From Octopus sinensis (taxonomy: Eukaryota), in assembly GCF_006345805.1 (NCBI RefSeq), contig NC_043006.1, forward strand, positions 37,696,001 to 37,760,000: DNA of 64,000 nucleotides. Direction: 5' to 3'. Shown piece after piece: positions 1 through 12,100 of this stretch (positions within the stretch are counted from its first letter, which is position 1; every line of letters begins with the position of its first letter). A program made the translations under genes and the position numbers. The notes beneath the pieces were generated by a model, which was not told where the DNA came from, ran no database searches, and saw nothing but the letters and a program-made list of their open reading frames with translations.

Positions 1-215
1 GTTGTTATGTCTGCCATTGTTGCTAGTGATATCACGTGATTGTTACTGTTACTGCCTGTTTTTGTTATTTTTGCTGCTGCTGCTACTGCGTCCACTTGTT
101 GCTTCCACTTATTATTGCTGCTGCTGCTGCTGCTGTCGTAGTTGCTGTTGTTGTTATTTACCTTGTCTGATGTTTCCGCTCCTGAAATCCATTCTGAACT
201 CAATAAGTCAATGAC
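1..215 (-). CDS. Candidate internal coding exon of an unidentified gene, running off the left edge
   Basis: Acceptor-like ttttataaatgtcAG (AG 217-216), then a frame checked codon by codon with no stop to base 1: VIDLLSSEWISGAETSDKVNNNSNYDSSSSSNNKWKQQVDAVAAAAKITKTGSNSNNHVISLATMADIT. No recognisable domain. Confidence 0.4.
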
Positions 216-1195
216 CTGACATTTATAAAACGGTCAAAGAAGTGTTTTCTGTATTGATCGAACAATGGCTGATATGAAATAAAGCGGAATATTCCTTTAA
301 TCTATTCTGTAATAGAAAAACCCATAAAATGAAAGAATTGTGCCGAGTCCATTGGGTGAAATATATGTTTCTCATCTGGAGCATCATCGATTTATATTCA
401 GCAACCTCGTGAGTGGCCCGCTATGGAGTTTAGCTCCAACACTTGGGACAGGGTTGTTGCTACATTCAGCCATATTCTAGAAAGCATTCGAAAGAAAGCC
501 ATCCAGGTGATCGCCAAAGACAAAATATCTATGGGAGCAGGCGTAGCTGTGTGGTAAGAGGTCTGCTTCTCAGCCACATAGTGCCGGGTTCAGTCCCACT
601 ACGTGACACCTTGTGAGTGGATTTGGTAGATGGAAACTGTAAGAAGCCTGTCGTAGATTATTATTTACTTATAATCTGCATGTTTGTTACAATCACTTGC
701 CGAGACACACCCAGCGTCCTGGGGCGAATGAAGGATAGTAGATGTTACAGTTTGACCGAAAGCTTAGGTGAGAGGAAGTGGCCTGGTAGATTTTTTTTTT
801 TTTAGCAAGCTTTGATCTTGTGCCGCCAAAATGAAACCTTCAGTCTCTACTTTTAGTCCTGAACTTCTCAGCCACTGATGGGATGTTGTTTGGTCTACAT
901 TAGCATTTCGACTTCGAAGTATATACCGTCCATGCAAGAAGCTTCTGGCTCCACCGCTCCTCAATTTGTTTCTGCCCGTTCAATTTTGCAGTCTGATCCG
1001 TTTTGCTTGTTTTGTGGCATGGTTTCAGGCTCTTCAACTATTTCAGAGTTAATGCCAAGATCCCTTGCGAATTTGCAAGCTCCCTTCACAAGAGAATGCG
1101 ATTTTTTGCAGCTTTCGTGTTTGCACACAAGCCTCTATTATTATTATTATTGTTATTATTATTATTATTATTATTAACGGCATTTCGTCCGTGTA

Positions 1196-1570
1196 TATGT
1201 TCTGAGTTCAAATTCCGCCGAGGTCGACTTTGCCTTTTATCCTTTCGGAGTCGATAAATTAAGTACCAGTGAAACACTGGGGTCGATGTAATCGACTTAA
1301 TCCCCGTCCACAAGCTAACCTCATGGAAAAAAAATTGAAATCCTTATTATTGTTGTTATTGTTACTAAGGCAGTGAGCTGGCTGAATCGTTAGTACACCG
1401 GGCGAAATGCTTAGCGGTATTTCGTCTGCCGCTACGTTCTGAATTCAAATCTAGCCGAAGTTGACTTTGCCTTTTATCCTTTCGGGGTTGATTAAATAAG
1501 TACCAGTTACACACTGGGGTCGATGTAATCGACTAAATCCCTTCCCCCAACGTTGAGGCCTTATGATTCT
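1196..1570 (+). mobile_element. SINE family B copies (tRNA-related head GGCGAGCTGGCAGAATCGTTAGC...GAGTTCAAATTCCGCCGAGGTCGAC)
   Basis: Same ~200-bp unit recurs many times in the window; B-box-like GAGTTCAAATTC. Confidence 0.8.
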
Positions 1571-1580
1571 AGAAGAAAGA

Positions 1581-1612
<32 letters not shown>

Positions 1613-1613
<1 letters not shown>

Positions 1614-2157
1614 GAGTGAGAGAGCAGTGCATGCCATCAAAGTGACACTAGGATAAAATATACGAAGCCCAGTATACCCATCATGACTACCCGTCTGATA
1701 AGGGTACACCAGGCACATGCATCACAATCATATGTACGCGACATGGTGATCTCATATGAAGATAAACAGCACATGACCTTGCAGGTGGGGCCCAGTTAGA
1801 ATTTTCTTCTGGTCGAGTAGCCCATCCCACTCAAAAGGTCCCTGAATAAGGGTTGTTTAAGGGTGTTGAACGAACCACCCATGTTTCCAAAGGTGAATTA
1901 TCTAAACCTCCAAGAAATCCTTTCAACACATGGCTATGATGCTCCCCCACTACTTCTGCTCATGATCAGAGATGCACATATTGTCAGCCACTAAGGGACA
2001 TGCTCAACTGGTTATGGTCAAACAACTGACAAGCAAATCTGTGGTATTGAGCAGAATATTTACTGCAGCCCATCTTTTATACTAGGACAAAACAATGTAC
2101 TTGATAACACCTCCAATCAGTTAAGATCAGAAGCCACGAGAGCCACTGCCTGGTACA
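1613..2157. mobile_element. ~545-bp unclassified interspersed element inserted in an (ATT)n tract
   Basis: Complex sequence bounded on both sides by (ATT)n; single copy in this window. Confidence 0.45.
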
Positions 2158-3129
2158 TTATTATTATTATTAAGACAAAGCGGGCAGAATCGATAACACA
2201 CCGTACATAATACTTCGTAGCATTTCTTCCGACTCTTTATTCTGAGTTCAAATCCTGCCGTGGTCAGCTTTACCTTTCATAATTTCGTAACAAATAAAAT
2301 AAAGAACCATTCAAGCACTAAGTACGATTACATTGATTTTCCCTTCCTTCAAAACTGCTGGCCTTGGTCCAAAAGGAGTAATTATGATCATTATTATTAC
2401 ATGATTGTCCAAGCGAACGGATGTCACTAAAAAAGTTCCGGCTAAGAAATGGATTATCTTAAGATTATTTATTAAAAAAAGTTTTGTTTCCTGATTCTAA
2501 TTCTGGAATATTAACAAAAGCTTTCGGATTAAAACAGAACCCAGTCCAAATTCCCCGAGGCTGAAAAATACTTGTCTTGACATTGTTTTATTTCACTGAA
2601 TGTATCTCTGCCAACGGCAATCTGCAATATTTATTCGCTTTTCAAAATGGCCGCTTGAAAAGTAGCAAGAGAATTACTCTCTGTGCTGATGGTAGCTGAC
2701 GTAAACATACATATTATCAATTATTTTCAAACAAGAAGAAAAAAATTTTAAAAAAAAACAAAAACAGCCCAACAAGATGATTAAACAGAGACAGCTTTAA
2801 GCATGAATACTTATAGCTCCTCAATGGAAAACACACACGACATTAGCGCTAAAAACATTAAGTTGAATAAAAGAAAAACTATAAACAATATATCAAGCGG
2901 TGGTTAGGACAAACACACACACACACACACACATGAAGGGCTTCCACACAGTTTCTGTCTACTGAATTTACTCAAGGCATTGATTGGCAGGGGCTATAGT
3001 AGAAGACACTTAGTCAAGGTGCCACGCAGTGGGATCGAACTCGAAGCTACGTGGTAGCAAAGAGAGCTACTTAACCACATAGCCATGCCTTGTAAAATGT
3101 CTTCCAATATTCTTTTCAATATATCCAGT

Positions 3130-4260
3130 AACTGGAAGGTGGCGAACTGGCTGAATCGTTAGCGCACCGGGCAAAATGCTTAGCAGTAGTTCGTCTGTAT
3201 TTACGTTCTGAGTTCAAATTCCGCTGAGGTCGACTTTACCTTTCATCCTTTCGGGGTCGATAAATTAAGTTGCATACTAGGGTCAGTCTAATCGATTGCC
3301 TCCTCTCCAAAACTTTCGGGCCTTGTACCTAGAGTAGAAAAGAATATTTCCTTCCTTTAAGGCGCTGAGCTTGCAGAATCGTTAGCACGCTGGACGGAAT
3401 GCTTAGCGGTGCTTCGCCCGTCGTTATGTTCTGAGTTCAAATTCAGCCGAGGTCGACTTGGCTTTTCATCCTTTCGGGATTGATAAATTAAGTACCAGTT
3501 ACGTACTGAGTTGATTTAATCCGACTGGCCCTCTCCCCCCAAATTTCGGGCCTTGTGCCTAGAGTAGAAAAGAATATATTCAGTAATTGGAAGGTGGCGA
3601 ACTGGCTGAATCGTTAGCATGACGGGCAAAATGATTAGCGGCATTTCGCCCGTCTTCCCGTTCAGAGTTCAAATTCCGCCGAGGTCGACTTTGCCTTTCG
3701 CCTTTTTTGGGCCAATAAAATAAGTACCAGTTGAACTCTGGGTTCAATTTAATCGACCGGTCCCCTCCTCCGAAATCTTGTGCCGAAATTTGAAATTGAT
3801 ATTTCTAGTAATTGGAAATTAGCGAACTGGCAGAATTGTTAACGCACCGAGGACAAAATGCTTAACGGTATTTCTTTTGACTTTATAAGGCTGCGAGCTG
3901 GCAGGAACGTTAGCACGCCGGGCGAAATGCTTAGCGGTATTTCGTCTACGTTACGTTGTGAGTTCAAATTCCGCCGAGGTCGACTTTGCCTTTCATCCTT
4001 TCGGGGTCGATAAATTAAGTACCAGTTACGCACTGGGGTGGATGTAATCGACTTAATACCTATGTATGTCCTTGTTTGTCCGCTCTGTGTTTAGCCCCTT
4101 GTGGGTAGTAAAGAAATAGGCATTTCTTTTGATTTTACGTACTGGGTTCAAATGCCGCCGCAGTCCACTTTACTTTCCCTCCCTTTCGAGGAGTCGATGA
4201 AATAAGTACCAGTTGATCACTGAAACCAAATTAATCGATTTACCCACTTCCCCGAAATTG
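3130..4260 (+). mobile_element. Tandem cluster of SINE family B copies
   Basis: About five successive copies of the family B unit. Confidence 0.85.
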
Positions 4261-5695
4261 CTTTCCATGTTTTAAATTTTGAAACCAATATATCTTTTCC
4301 CAACCAATCGCCATGATTGATCGCTTGTTTTGTTTTTTATTCTCTCTCTGTTTATTTCCTCGAGTTCCATTCTGTTGAAGAGCGTAGGCTCGAAACATAA
4401 AAGACTTTCTAACTTTCCCGAGCGTCAAACTAATACACCTGCTTGTTGTTTATACACCTGCTTGTTGTTTATACACCTGTCTTCTGTTTTTCTGTAAATT
4501 TCAACTATATCTAGTGAAGGTTGCTTGGGCATCCATGACACAAGGGTTTTTTATAGTTGGGGGAGTCTTGTTCACAAAAACATTGGCACTTGAAGCTGTC
4601 CTAATGGTCGTTCACCACAGATATTTCTGCCATCAATATGCTTGTGTTTATGGTTGCTTTGGATTCATACGTAAACTGCTCGAAGTCTAAACCCATTTCT
4701 TGTAAAGATTTTATTGCTGTAAGGATAATCAGTTTGCTGATCTTTTTCACCCATCTATTTTTTTATCGAATCAATTTGCTCATAGCAGGTCTTTTTTCTT
4801 TTTTTTAATAAGCTGTAAAGGTACTTGTAACATTGACGGTTGCCTTCTTATATTGGTCTCTAACAATGAAGGGTGAAGATATAAATCGGATTGAGACGAC
4901 TGGGCGCTGCTCTTCGGGCGATGGCGATTTGGCAAGGCTGACTGGGTTCTGAAAGAATTTTTGACTAAAGTACTTTTTGGCTCAGGAAGCGAATACGCAC
5001 GTGAGCACAGAAATATAAACATACAAATAGTGAGAGGGAGATGGGAAAAGGGAGGGAAAGAGAGAGAAAATAAAATTCATTAATTGAATACGATTGGCAT
5101 GAAAACTTTCGCTCTCCTCATACACATAAACAGAGAGGGGGAGATGGGGAGGGAGGGACTGAGTGAGAGGGAGGAGGGAGAGAGCGAATAAGAGAGAGGG
5201 GCCGAGAGGGAGAGCGAACGAGAGGAATGGAGGGAGTGAGAGAAAGAGAAAAACATTAAAACAAGAGGAACATCAAAACGTCTGATGTCAACAGCGTCGA
5301 AACAGCGGCGCCAGAAAGGCTGTGACAGAACGTCTCATATCCAGAATTGTATAATCTAAAAAAGAACAAAAAGATGGTTGGTTACTGTTGGAAAACGTTT
5401 GATTATAGGCTTGCTCGGTCGGTGTTGACCTAGGGCTAAACAACAACATCAAAGTCTATACAGACAAAGAGTTAAACAAATAAGTGGAAAGCACTGGCAA
5501 CTAAATGGACGCTGAAGAAACTAGTTTTACTCGGTTCGTTCGTTCTTTGTTTCAATAAAATCATCGTTCTTTGACAAGAAAAAAAAGTGAAATGACGACG
5601 CCAGAAGCATTAGTTTTAAAAGACAATTTGTTCGACAGACAGACAACATGATGGCTTTCTTAGAATTCGATGCCAAGCTGCCTGGTCAATTGAAT

Positions 5696-5730
5696 ATTGG
5701 ACGCATCGGTGTGTCTCGGGAATGACGTCA
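5696..5730. promoter_or_regulatory. Candidate promoter motifs: inverted CCAAT box and perfect CRE palindrome
   Basis: ATTGG 5696-5700 and TGACGTCA 5723-5730 in non-repetitive, CpG-containing sequence next to a (CT)n tract. Confidence 0.3.
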
Positions 5731-5757
5731 TATCCCTTCCTTCTCTCTCTCTCTCTC

Positions 5758-5806
<49 letters not shown>

Positions 5807-6479
5807 TATCTTGGCATCAGTTCATTTTTTTTTGTTAGGAAATCTTCGGTTTTTCAGTTCCCCGCCTTTGTTTTTACATTATTTTTGTTTTTCTTTAATT
5901 GCTCATTCATTCATTCATCCTTCAAGAAAAGGAGGAATAAAAAGCAAATTTACCATTTTTGCATTCTTCGCATTATTCTAAATTCGTTCATTTTTACTGA
6001 TTTTTGCTTTCATTTATTTATTTATATATTTATTTATTTATTCAGCCATTCATTTATTTATCTCTAATTCCATTGTCTAGTTTATCTTCTTTTTCCTTTT
6101 AGCTTTCCCCCCCACTTTTCTTTGTTCATTTTATTCATCACTTCGTTCTTCGCTTTTTCTTTTTACTCTTTCATTTTGCATTCTTCTCTAATCTTCTCTT
6201 GTTTCAATCACTGGACTGCGGCCACGCTGAAGCACAGCCTTGAAGCATATTAGTTGAATCTCACATCCATGCCTTATGGTTTCACATTCTTTCCTTCAAG
6301 TTCTTTTTTCTTTTATCTCCGTTCTTCTCTTTTTCGCTTTCCTTCGCCTTAGAACAAATTTCACACTTCCTTCTTTTTTCGCTACGTTTTCTCATACCGT
6401 TATTTTCAATCTACTCTCTCTCTCTCCCTCTCTCTTCTTTAATTTGTTCCTCACATTCTTTGCTCCATTATTCTTTAAA

Positions 6480-7004
6480 CTGTTTTTCTCTCGTTCCTTC
6501 TTTCTCTCGTTCCTTCTCTCTCTCGTTCCTTCTCTCTCTCGTTCCTTCTCTCTCTCGTTCCTTCTCTCTCTCGTTCCTTCTCTCTCTCGTTCTTTCTCTC
6601 TCTCTCGTTCGTTCTTTCTCTCTCTCTCTCGTTCTCTCTCTCTCTCGTTCTTTTTCTCTCTCGTTCTTTTTCTCTCTCGTTCTTTCTCTCTCTCTCTCGT
6701 TCTTTCTCTCTCTCGTTCTTTCTCTCTCTCTCTCTCTCTCTCGTTCTTTTTCTCTCTCTCTCGTTCGTTCTCTCTCTCTCTCATTCTTTCTCTCCCTCTC
6801 TCTCGTTCTTTCTCTTCTCTCTCTCGTTCTTTCTCTCTCTTCTCTCTCTCTCGTTCGTTCTCTCTCTCTCTCTCGTTCTTTTTCTCTCTCTCTCTCTTCT
6901 CTCTCTCTTCTTTCTCTCTCGTTCTCTCTCTCTTCTTTCTCTCTCTCGTTCTTTCTCTCTCTCTCTTCTCTCTCTCTCTCGTTCTTTCTCTTTCTCTCTC
7001 TCTC

Positions 7005-7045
<41 letters not shown>

Positions 7046-7170
7046 CTTTTTCTCTCTCTCTCTCGTTCTTTCTCTCTCTCTCTCTCTCTCGTTCTTTCTC
7101 TCTCTCTCTCTCTCTCTCTCTCGTTCTTCTTTCTCTCTCGTTCTTTCTCTCTTTCGTTCTTTCTTTCTGT
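6480..7170. repeat. (CT)n-derived compound microsatellite with recurring CTCTCTCGTTCTTT units
   Basis: Direct reading; source of the four spurious long SL/ER-rich ORFs. Confidence 0.95.
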
Positions 7171-7409
7171 CTTTCTTTCTCCGGTTTTGTCTCAATTTTC
7201 CTTTCGTTATTTTTTTCTTCCTGTTCTGCATCTTTTTCTTTTGAGCTTATTTTAACGTTATCGACTTTATTTCTTTCTCTTCTTTTATCCATTCTTTAAA
7301 AAAGAAAATAAAGGATTTTTTCCCAAACAAGGCCTGAGGTCATTGTAACGTAAGAGGCTACAAAGAAAGTCCCCACGCGTACTAAGCCTAGTATTTTCTT
7401 TACGGTGTT

Positions 7410-7711
7410 TATATGCCCTAATATTAGACTATTATTTTTACAATCAATATACAGTGATAGCTTATAATTCTCTTTACTAAAAGAAAGAAAAGAAGGGAGC
7501 CTATAAATTCAAAATGGGTTGATAGATAGGAATCTTAAAGGACTGAATGTCATAGACGAGATGAAGTTCCAGAGAGGAGCGATTTGAGGAAAGGAAGGAC
7601 AACGGAGAAATGATGCGCCTGGGAAGAGAAACAGACGACACGTTTAAGTCCTGACAAAGAGTACTAGACTGAAAGTGTATCAGAGCAATAACCATAAATA
7701 TGACATGACTG
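7410..7711. mobile_element. ~300-bp unclassified element, copy 1 (inverted relative to 9619-9909)
   Basis: Near-identical reverse complement of 9619-9909. Confidence 0.75.
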
Positions 7712-8499
7712 GCACTTTCGTCGGTTACGACGACGAGGGTTCCAGTTGATCCGATCAACGGAATAGCCTGCTCGTGAAATTAACGTGCAAGTGGCTGAGC
7801 ACTCCACAGACACGCGTGCTCTTAATGTAGTTCTCAGAGAGATTCAGTATGACAATTTGCGACATGGCTGGCTCTTTGAAATACAGATATTGCTCATTAT
7901 TACTAGCTGAACGGACTGGAATAATCTAATTTAATAAATGCGAATGTCAGTGTGTCACGTGGAATCAGGCCGATTCTGGGCCGAATCCGGACCCGAAATC
8001 CTGAAATTTTGGATTCCCAAGTTTTCATTACAGCGATTGTTTTCGGCGATTTTTTATTTTTCGCGTGATTTTTCGTGACGAATTTTTCTATACGGTAACA
8101 ATTTTTATAACTCGGAAATAAATTTTGGGAATAACTGAAATTAACTGCGAAATCCAGCGATTATTTTCGGTGATTTTTTTTTTTTAATGTGATATTTGGC
8201 GACAAATATGATTACCATTGGGATATGACTCTGGAGGAACTAATTGCAGCAAGTTCTCGAAAACAAGCCAGAGATCTGTTTGCAGATCTTGCCATTCAGG
8301 GTCAGTAGCTTTAAAAGTTATATACTAGCTTAAAAGCCACCCAATAGGGCGCTTTTAAAGTTACCTATTAATAAAGTGTCTTGCTCAAGTACAGAGCGCG
8401 CTGCCGGGAATCGAACTCACGATCGTGAGCCGAAAACCTTAACCACTAAACTACGCACCTTCACCATAGATATAGTTATAGAAATATTTTCGTTTATTC

Positions 8500-9370
8500 A
8501 AGGCAGCGAGCTGGCAGAAACGTTAGCACACCGGGCGAAATGCTTAGCGGTCTTTCACCTGCCGCTACGTTCTGAGTTCAAATTCCGCCGAGGTCGACTT
8601 TGCCTTTCATCCTTTCGGGGTCGATAAATTAAGTATCAGTAATCGACTTAATTCGTTTGTCTGTCCTTGTTTGTCCTCTCTATGTTTAGCCCCTTGTGGA
8701 TAGTAAAGAAATAGGTATTTGGTCTTCCGTTACGTTCTGAGTTCAATTCCGCCGAGGTCGACTTTGCCTTTCATCTTTTTGGGATCGATTAAATAAGTAC
8801 CAGTTGCGCACTGGGGTCGATATAATCGACTTAATCTGTTTGTCTGTCCTTGTTTGTTCCCTCTGTGTTTAGCCCCTTGTGGGTAGTAAAGAAATAGGTA
8901 TTTCGTCTGCCACTACGTTCTGAATTCAAATTCCGCTAAGGTTGACTGTGTCTTTCATCCTTTCAGGGCTGATAAATTAAATACCAGTTGTGTACTGAGG
9001 TCGATCTAATTGACTGGCCCCACTCCACCAAAAAATATCGGGCCCTGTGCCTAGAGTAGAAAAGAATATATACGTTCGGAAAGGCGGTGAGCTTGGCGGT
9101 ATTTCGTCTGTATTCTGAGTTCAAATTCCGCCGAGGTCGACTTTGCCTTTCACCCTTTCGGGGTCGTTTAAATATGTACCAGTTTCGTACTGGGATCGAT
9201 GTAATCGACTTAATCCCTTTGTCTGTCTCTGATTGTCCCCTCTGTGTTTAGCCCCGTGTGGGCAATAAAGAAATAGGCAAATTAAGCACTAGTTGCGTAC
9301 TTGGATCGATCTAATCGACTGGCCTTACTTCCCACAAAGATTTCGGGCTTTGTGCCTAGAGCAGAAAAGA
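8500..9370 (+). mobile_element. Tandem cluster of SINE family B copies
   Basis: Repeated family B units. Confidence 0.85.
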
Positions 9371-9409
9371 ATATTTCATTTTTATCTTTTTTTTCTATTT
9401 ATTCTTCCT

Positions 9410-10078
9410 CTTCCTCTTTTACTTGTTTTAGTCATTTGACTGTGGCCATGCTGGAGCACCGCCTTCAGTCGAGCAAATCGACCCCAGGACTTATTCTTTG
9501 TAAGCCTGTGTACTTATGCTATCGGAATCTCTTTTGCCGAACCGCTAAATTACGGGGACGTAAACACACCAGCATCAGTTGTCAAGCGATGTTGGGGAGA
9601 CAAACATAAACATATACACAGTCATGTCATATTTATGGTTATTGCTCTGATACACTTTCAGTCTAGTACTCTTTGTCAGGACTTAAACGTGTCGTCTGTT
9701 TCTCTTCCCAGGCGCATTATTTCTCCGTTGTCCTTCCTATCCTCAAATCGCTCCTCTCTGGAACTTCATCTCGTCTATGACATTCAGTCCTTTAAGATTC
9801 CTATCAATCAACCCATTTTGAATTTATAGGCTCCCTGCTTTTCTTTCTTTTAGTAAATAGAATCACTGTATATTGATTGTAAAAAAATAGTCTAATATTA
9901 GGGCATATATATAAGACGGACTTCTTTCAGTTTCCGTCTCCCACATCCCCTCACAAGGCTTTGGTCGGCCCGAGTCTATAGTAGAAGACACTTACCCAAG
10001 GTGCCACGCAGTGGGACTGGACCCGGAACCTTGTGTTCGGTAAGCAAGTTACTTACCACACAGCTACTCCTACGCCTA
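9410..10078 (-). mobile_element. SINE family A copy split by insertion of the 300-bp element (9619-9909)
   Basis: 3' half of family A at 9410-9618 and 5' half at 9912-10078; the insert sits in the SINE's internal (TA)n. Confidence 0.75.
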
Positions 10079-11299
10079 CATCTTTCCTTTACAAATTTCA
10101 TTCTCACTTATATTTAATCTTTCTTTTGACTTTATTACATTAACGCGTTTTTCTGACTTCGGCCATGCTCAACTCCTGTGACTTTTTCTTTCCTTTTTTT
10201 TTTCTTCACAGTTTGGTACTTATTCTACCGGGCTCTTTAACCAAACCGCCATGTTACGAGGAGGTAAACAAACCATCACCGGTTATCAAGCACCATCACC
10301 GGACAAACATAGGCACAAAACACTCACACACACACAATGTATATACTCGACGGGCTTCTTTCAGTTTCCGTGTACTTAATCCACTCACAAAGCTTTCGTT
10401 GGCCCGAAGCTGCAGTAAAAAAACAATCGTTCAAGGTGCCAAGCAGTGGGACCGAACCTTGAATCTTGAGGTTGGGAAGCAAACTTCTATACTTCGTGTT
10501 TTCATTCTTACTCTCCATTCCTTATTCGCACACTCTGTGCTTTTTTTTTTTATTCTTTCTCTACGTTGTTTCTTACTTTGTCTACTTTCGTTTTCATTCA
10601 TCACACCTTTTTCTTTCTTAGTATTTCATTTGTTTTCGTTCTTCTTTCCTTTACCCTTTCCATCTTTTGCTCTTTTCTTCTCTATTTGATTCTTTGGATC
10701 TTTGTGGTTTTACTCACTGTTAAAAAAAAATTTAATGTATCATACAGATGTAATTTTGAACACTAGATCCGAATTTGTTAGTCATTTACTCCAGAAAAAA
10801 ATTGTAAAATTGTTAGTTATTCAGAGTTTGATAATTTCCAGAATTTACAGCCAATCAGAAAACAACACGTTTGCTGCTTCTTCCATCATCGGAGGGAGGT
10901 GGGTATCGGCATGTCGGAACATTAAACTAGGATTTTATGAGATAAATTATTTTTATCGTATCTCCTTCTCTTCCTTGCGCGCATGCGCAGCATCTTTGGT
11001 TACAACACGTGATGTTTCTTTGCTTTGGTGACTATAGAAACAGAAATTTTCGCTACGGTGATACTAAAAATATTCGCTTCTGATTGGCTAAAACACCCAG
11101 ATTTTGCATATTTTAAAGGCTAAAAACTTTTTGATTATGGATTTATAGGGAAAATGAATTTCATTTTCATAATTAGTATACAAAACTTAATCCAAATACC
11201 AAATTTGAAAACAATTGGAACAAAATTGTAAACAGTGACGAAAAGCACAAAGATCGTTTATCATCGAGGTTCTTAACCATTCATTCTTGACAATGCGCT

Positions 11300-11715
11300 G
11301 TTTTTTCTGTCGCCACTACATCTTTTATTCCGTCCATCCATTTCCCCTGTCCGTTATTCTTGCGAAGCAGCCTTCATTACACTTCACGGTTGGATTCCCA
11401 AGCATGACCAATTGAGACAATTGATATTATCCAGCTATCTCGTTTTAATCAACCCCTAGGTCTCCTGTCAGTCGGTTCGGCTTCAAGAATCCGCCTTGCA
11501 ATCCTTTCCAGCGTCATTCTAATCACGTGTCCATAGTACTAGAGCTGAGATCTCTCGATGCGGAGAAGTAGCGGGTTGACTTGGAGAAACGCTCTGACCT
11601 CCAAGTTACGCGCCTTGTCGAATAATGTTATTCCTGAGATCGTTAGGATGAACCTTGTTTCAGCCACGAATAACATTCATGATCTTTCGGTCGTTAGCCA
11701 ACGTCCGTGACCATA
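11300..11715 (-). pseudogene. Decayed RTE-type LINE C-terminal fragment
   Basis: Minus-strand translation LLRIERSQL*YYGHVIRMTLERIARRILEAEPTDRRPRG matches the RTE C-terminal W/YYGHVxRM...RPRGRP signature, with stops. Confidence 0.7.
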
Positions 11716-12100
11716 AGAGTGGCTGTGTGGGGTGAAGTTTGTTTCCCACATTACGTTATTCCTGGTTCAGTCCCACAGTGTGGCACCTTGGGCAAGTGTC
11801 TTCTACTAGTCTCGGGCCGACCAAAGCCTTGTGAGTGGATTAGATAGAGGGAAACTGAAAAGAAGCCCGACAAACGTATATATATATATGTGTGTGTTTG
11901 TGTCTGTATTTGGTTTCCTCACACACCGCTTGGCAACCGATGCTGGTGTATTTCTGTCCCCATAATACAGCGGTTCGGCAAAAAAGACCGATAGGCTTAT
12001 ATATAAAAAAAAGTCGTTTCATTCGAGTAAAAATCCTTCAAGCCGGTGCCCTAGCATGGCAGCAGTCTAATGACTGAAACAAGTAAACGACATAAGATAA
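11716..12100 (+). mobile_element. SINE family A (tRNA-derived head GAGTGGCTGTGTGG...GGTTCAGTCCCAC, internal TA/TG microsatellite, tail ...TGACTGAAACAAGTAAA)
   Basis: A-box/B-box-like head; more than 20 related copies in the window. Confidence 0.85.

Noticed and set aside
330-520. LINE RT C-terminal relic (RP.MEF...W)
   Set aside because: Similarity is too weak and fragmentary to call.
4520-4960. Minus-strand coding exon (NPVSLAKSPSPEEQRPVVSIRF...)
   Set aside because: All frames stop within about 50 codons and there is no homology cue; may be UTR or error-broken.
6276-7299. Four ORFs of 274-322 aa
   Set aside because: Translations of a (CT)n/(GA)n microsatellite; no domain or codon structure.
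7640-7690. Hammerhead in the 300-bp element (CTGACAA...GAAAG)
   Set aside because: G8 is missing and stems I and III cannot be formed.
8375-8460. tRNA gene
   Set aside because: A/B boxes are present but there is no complete cloverleaf or acceptor stem; it continues into SINE body sequence. The same applies to the other SINE heads.
7410-9909. Single 2.5-kb DNA transposon with 300-bp TIRs
   Set aside because: The right repeat interrupts a SINE whose halves lie on both sides of it, so it is a separate insertion.
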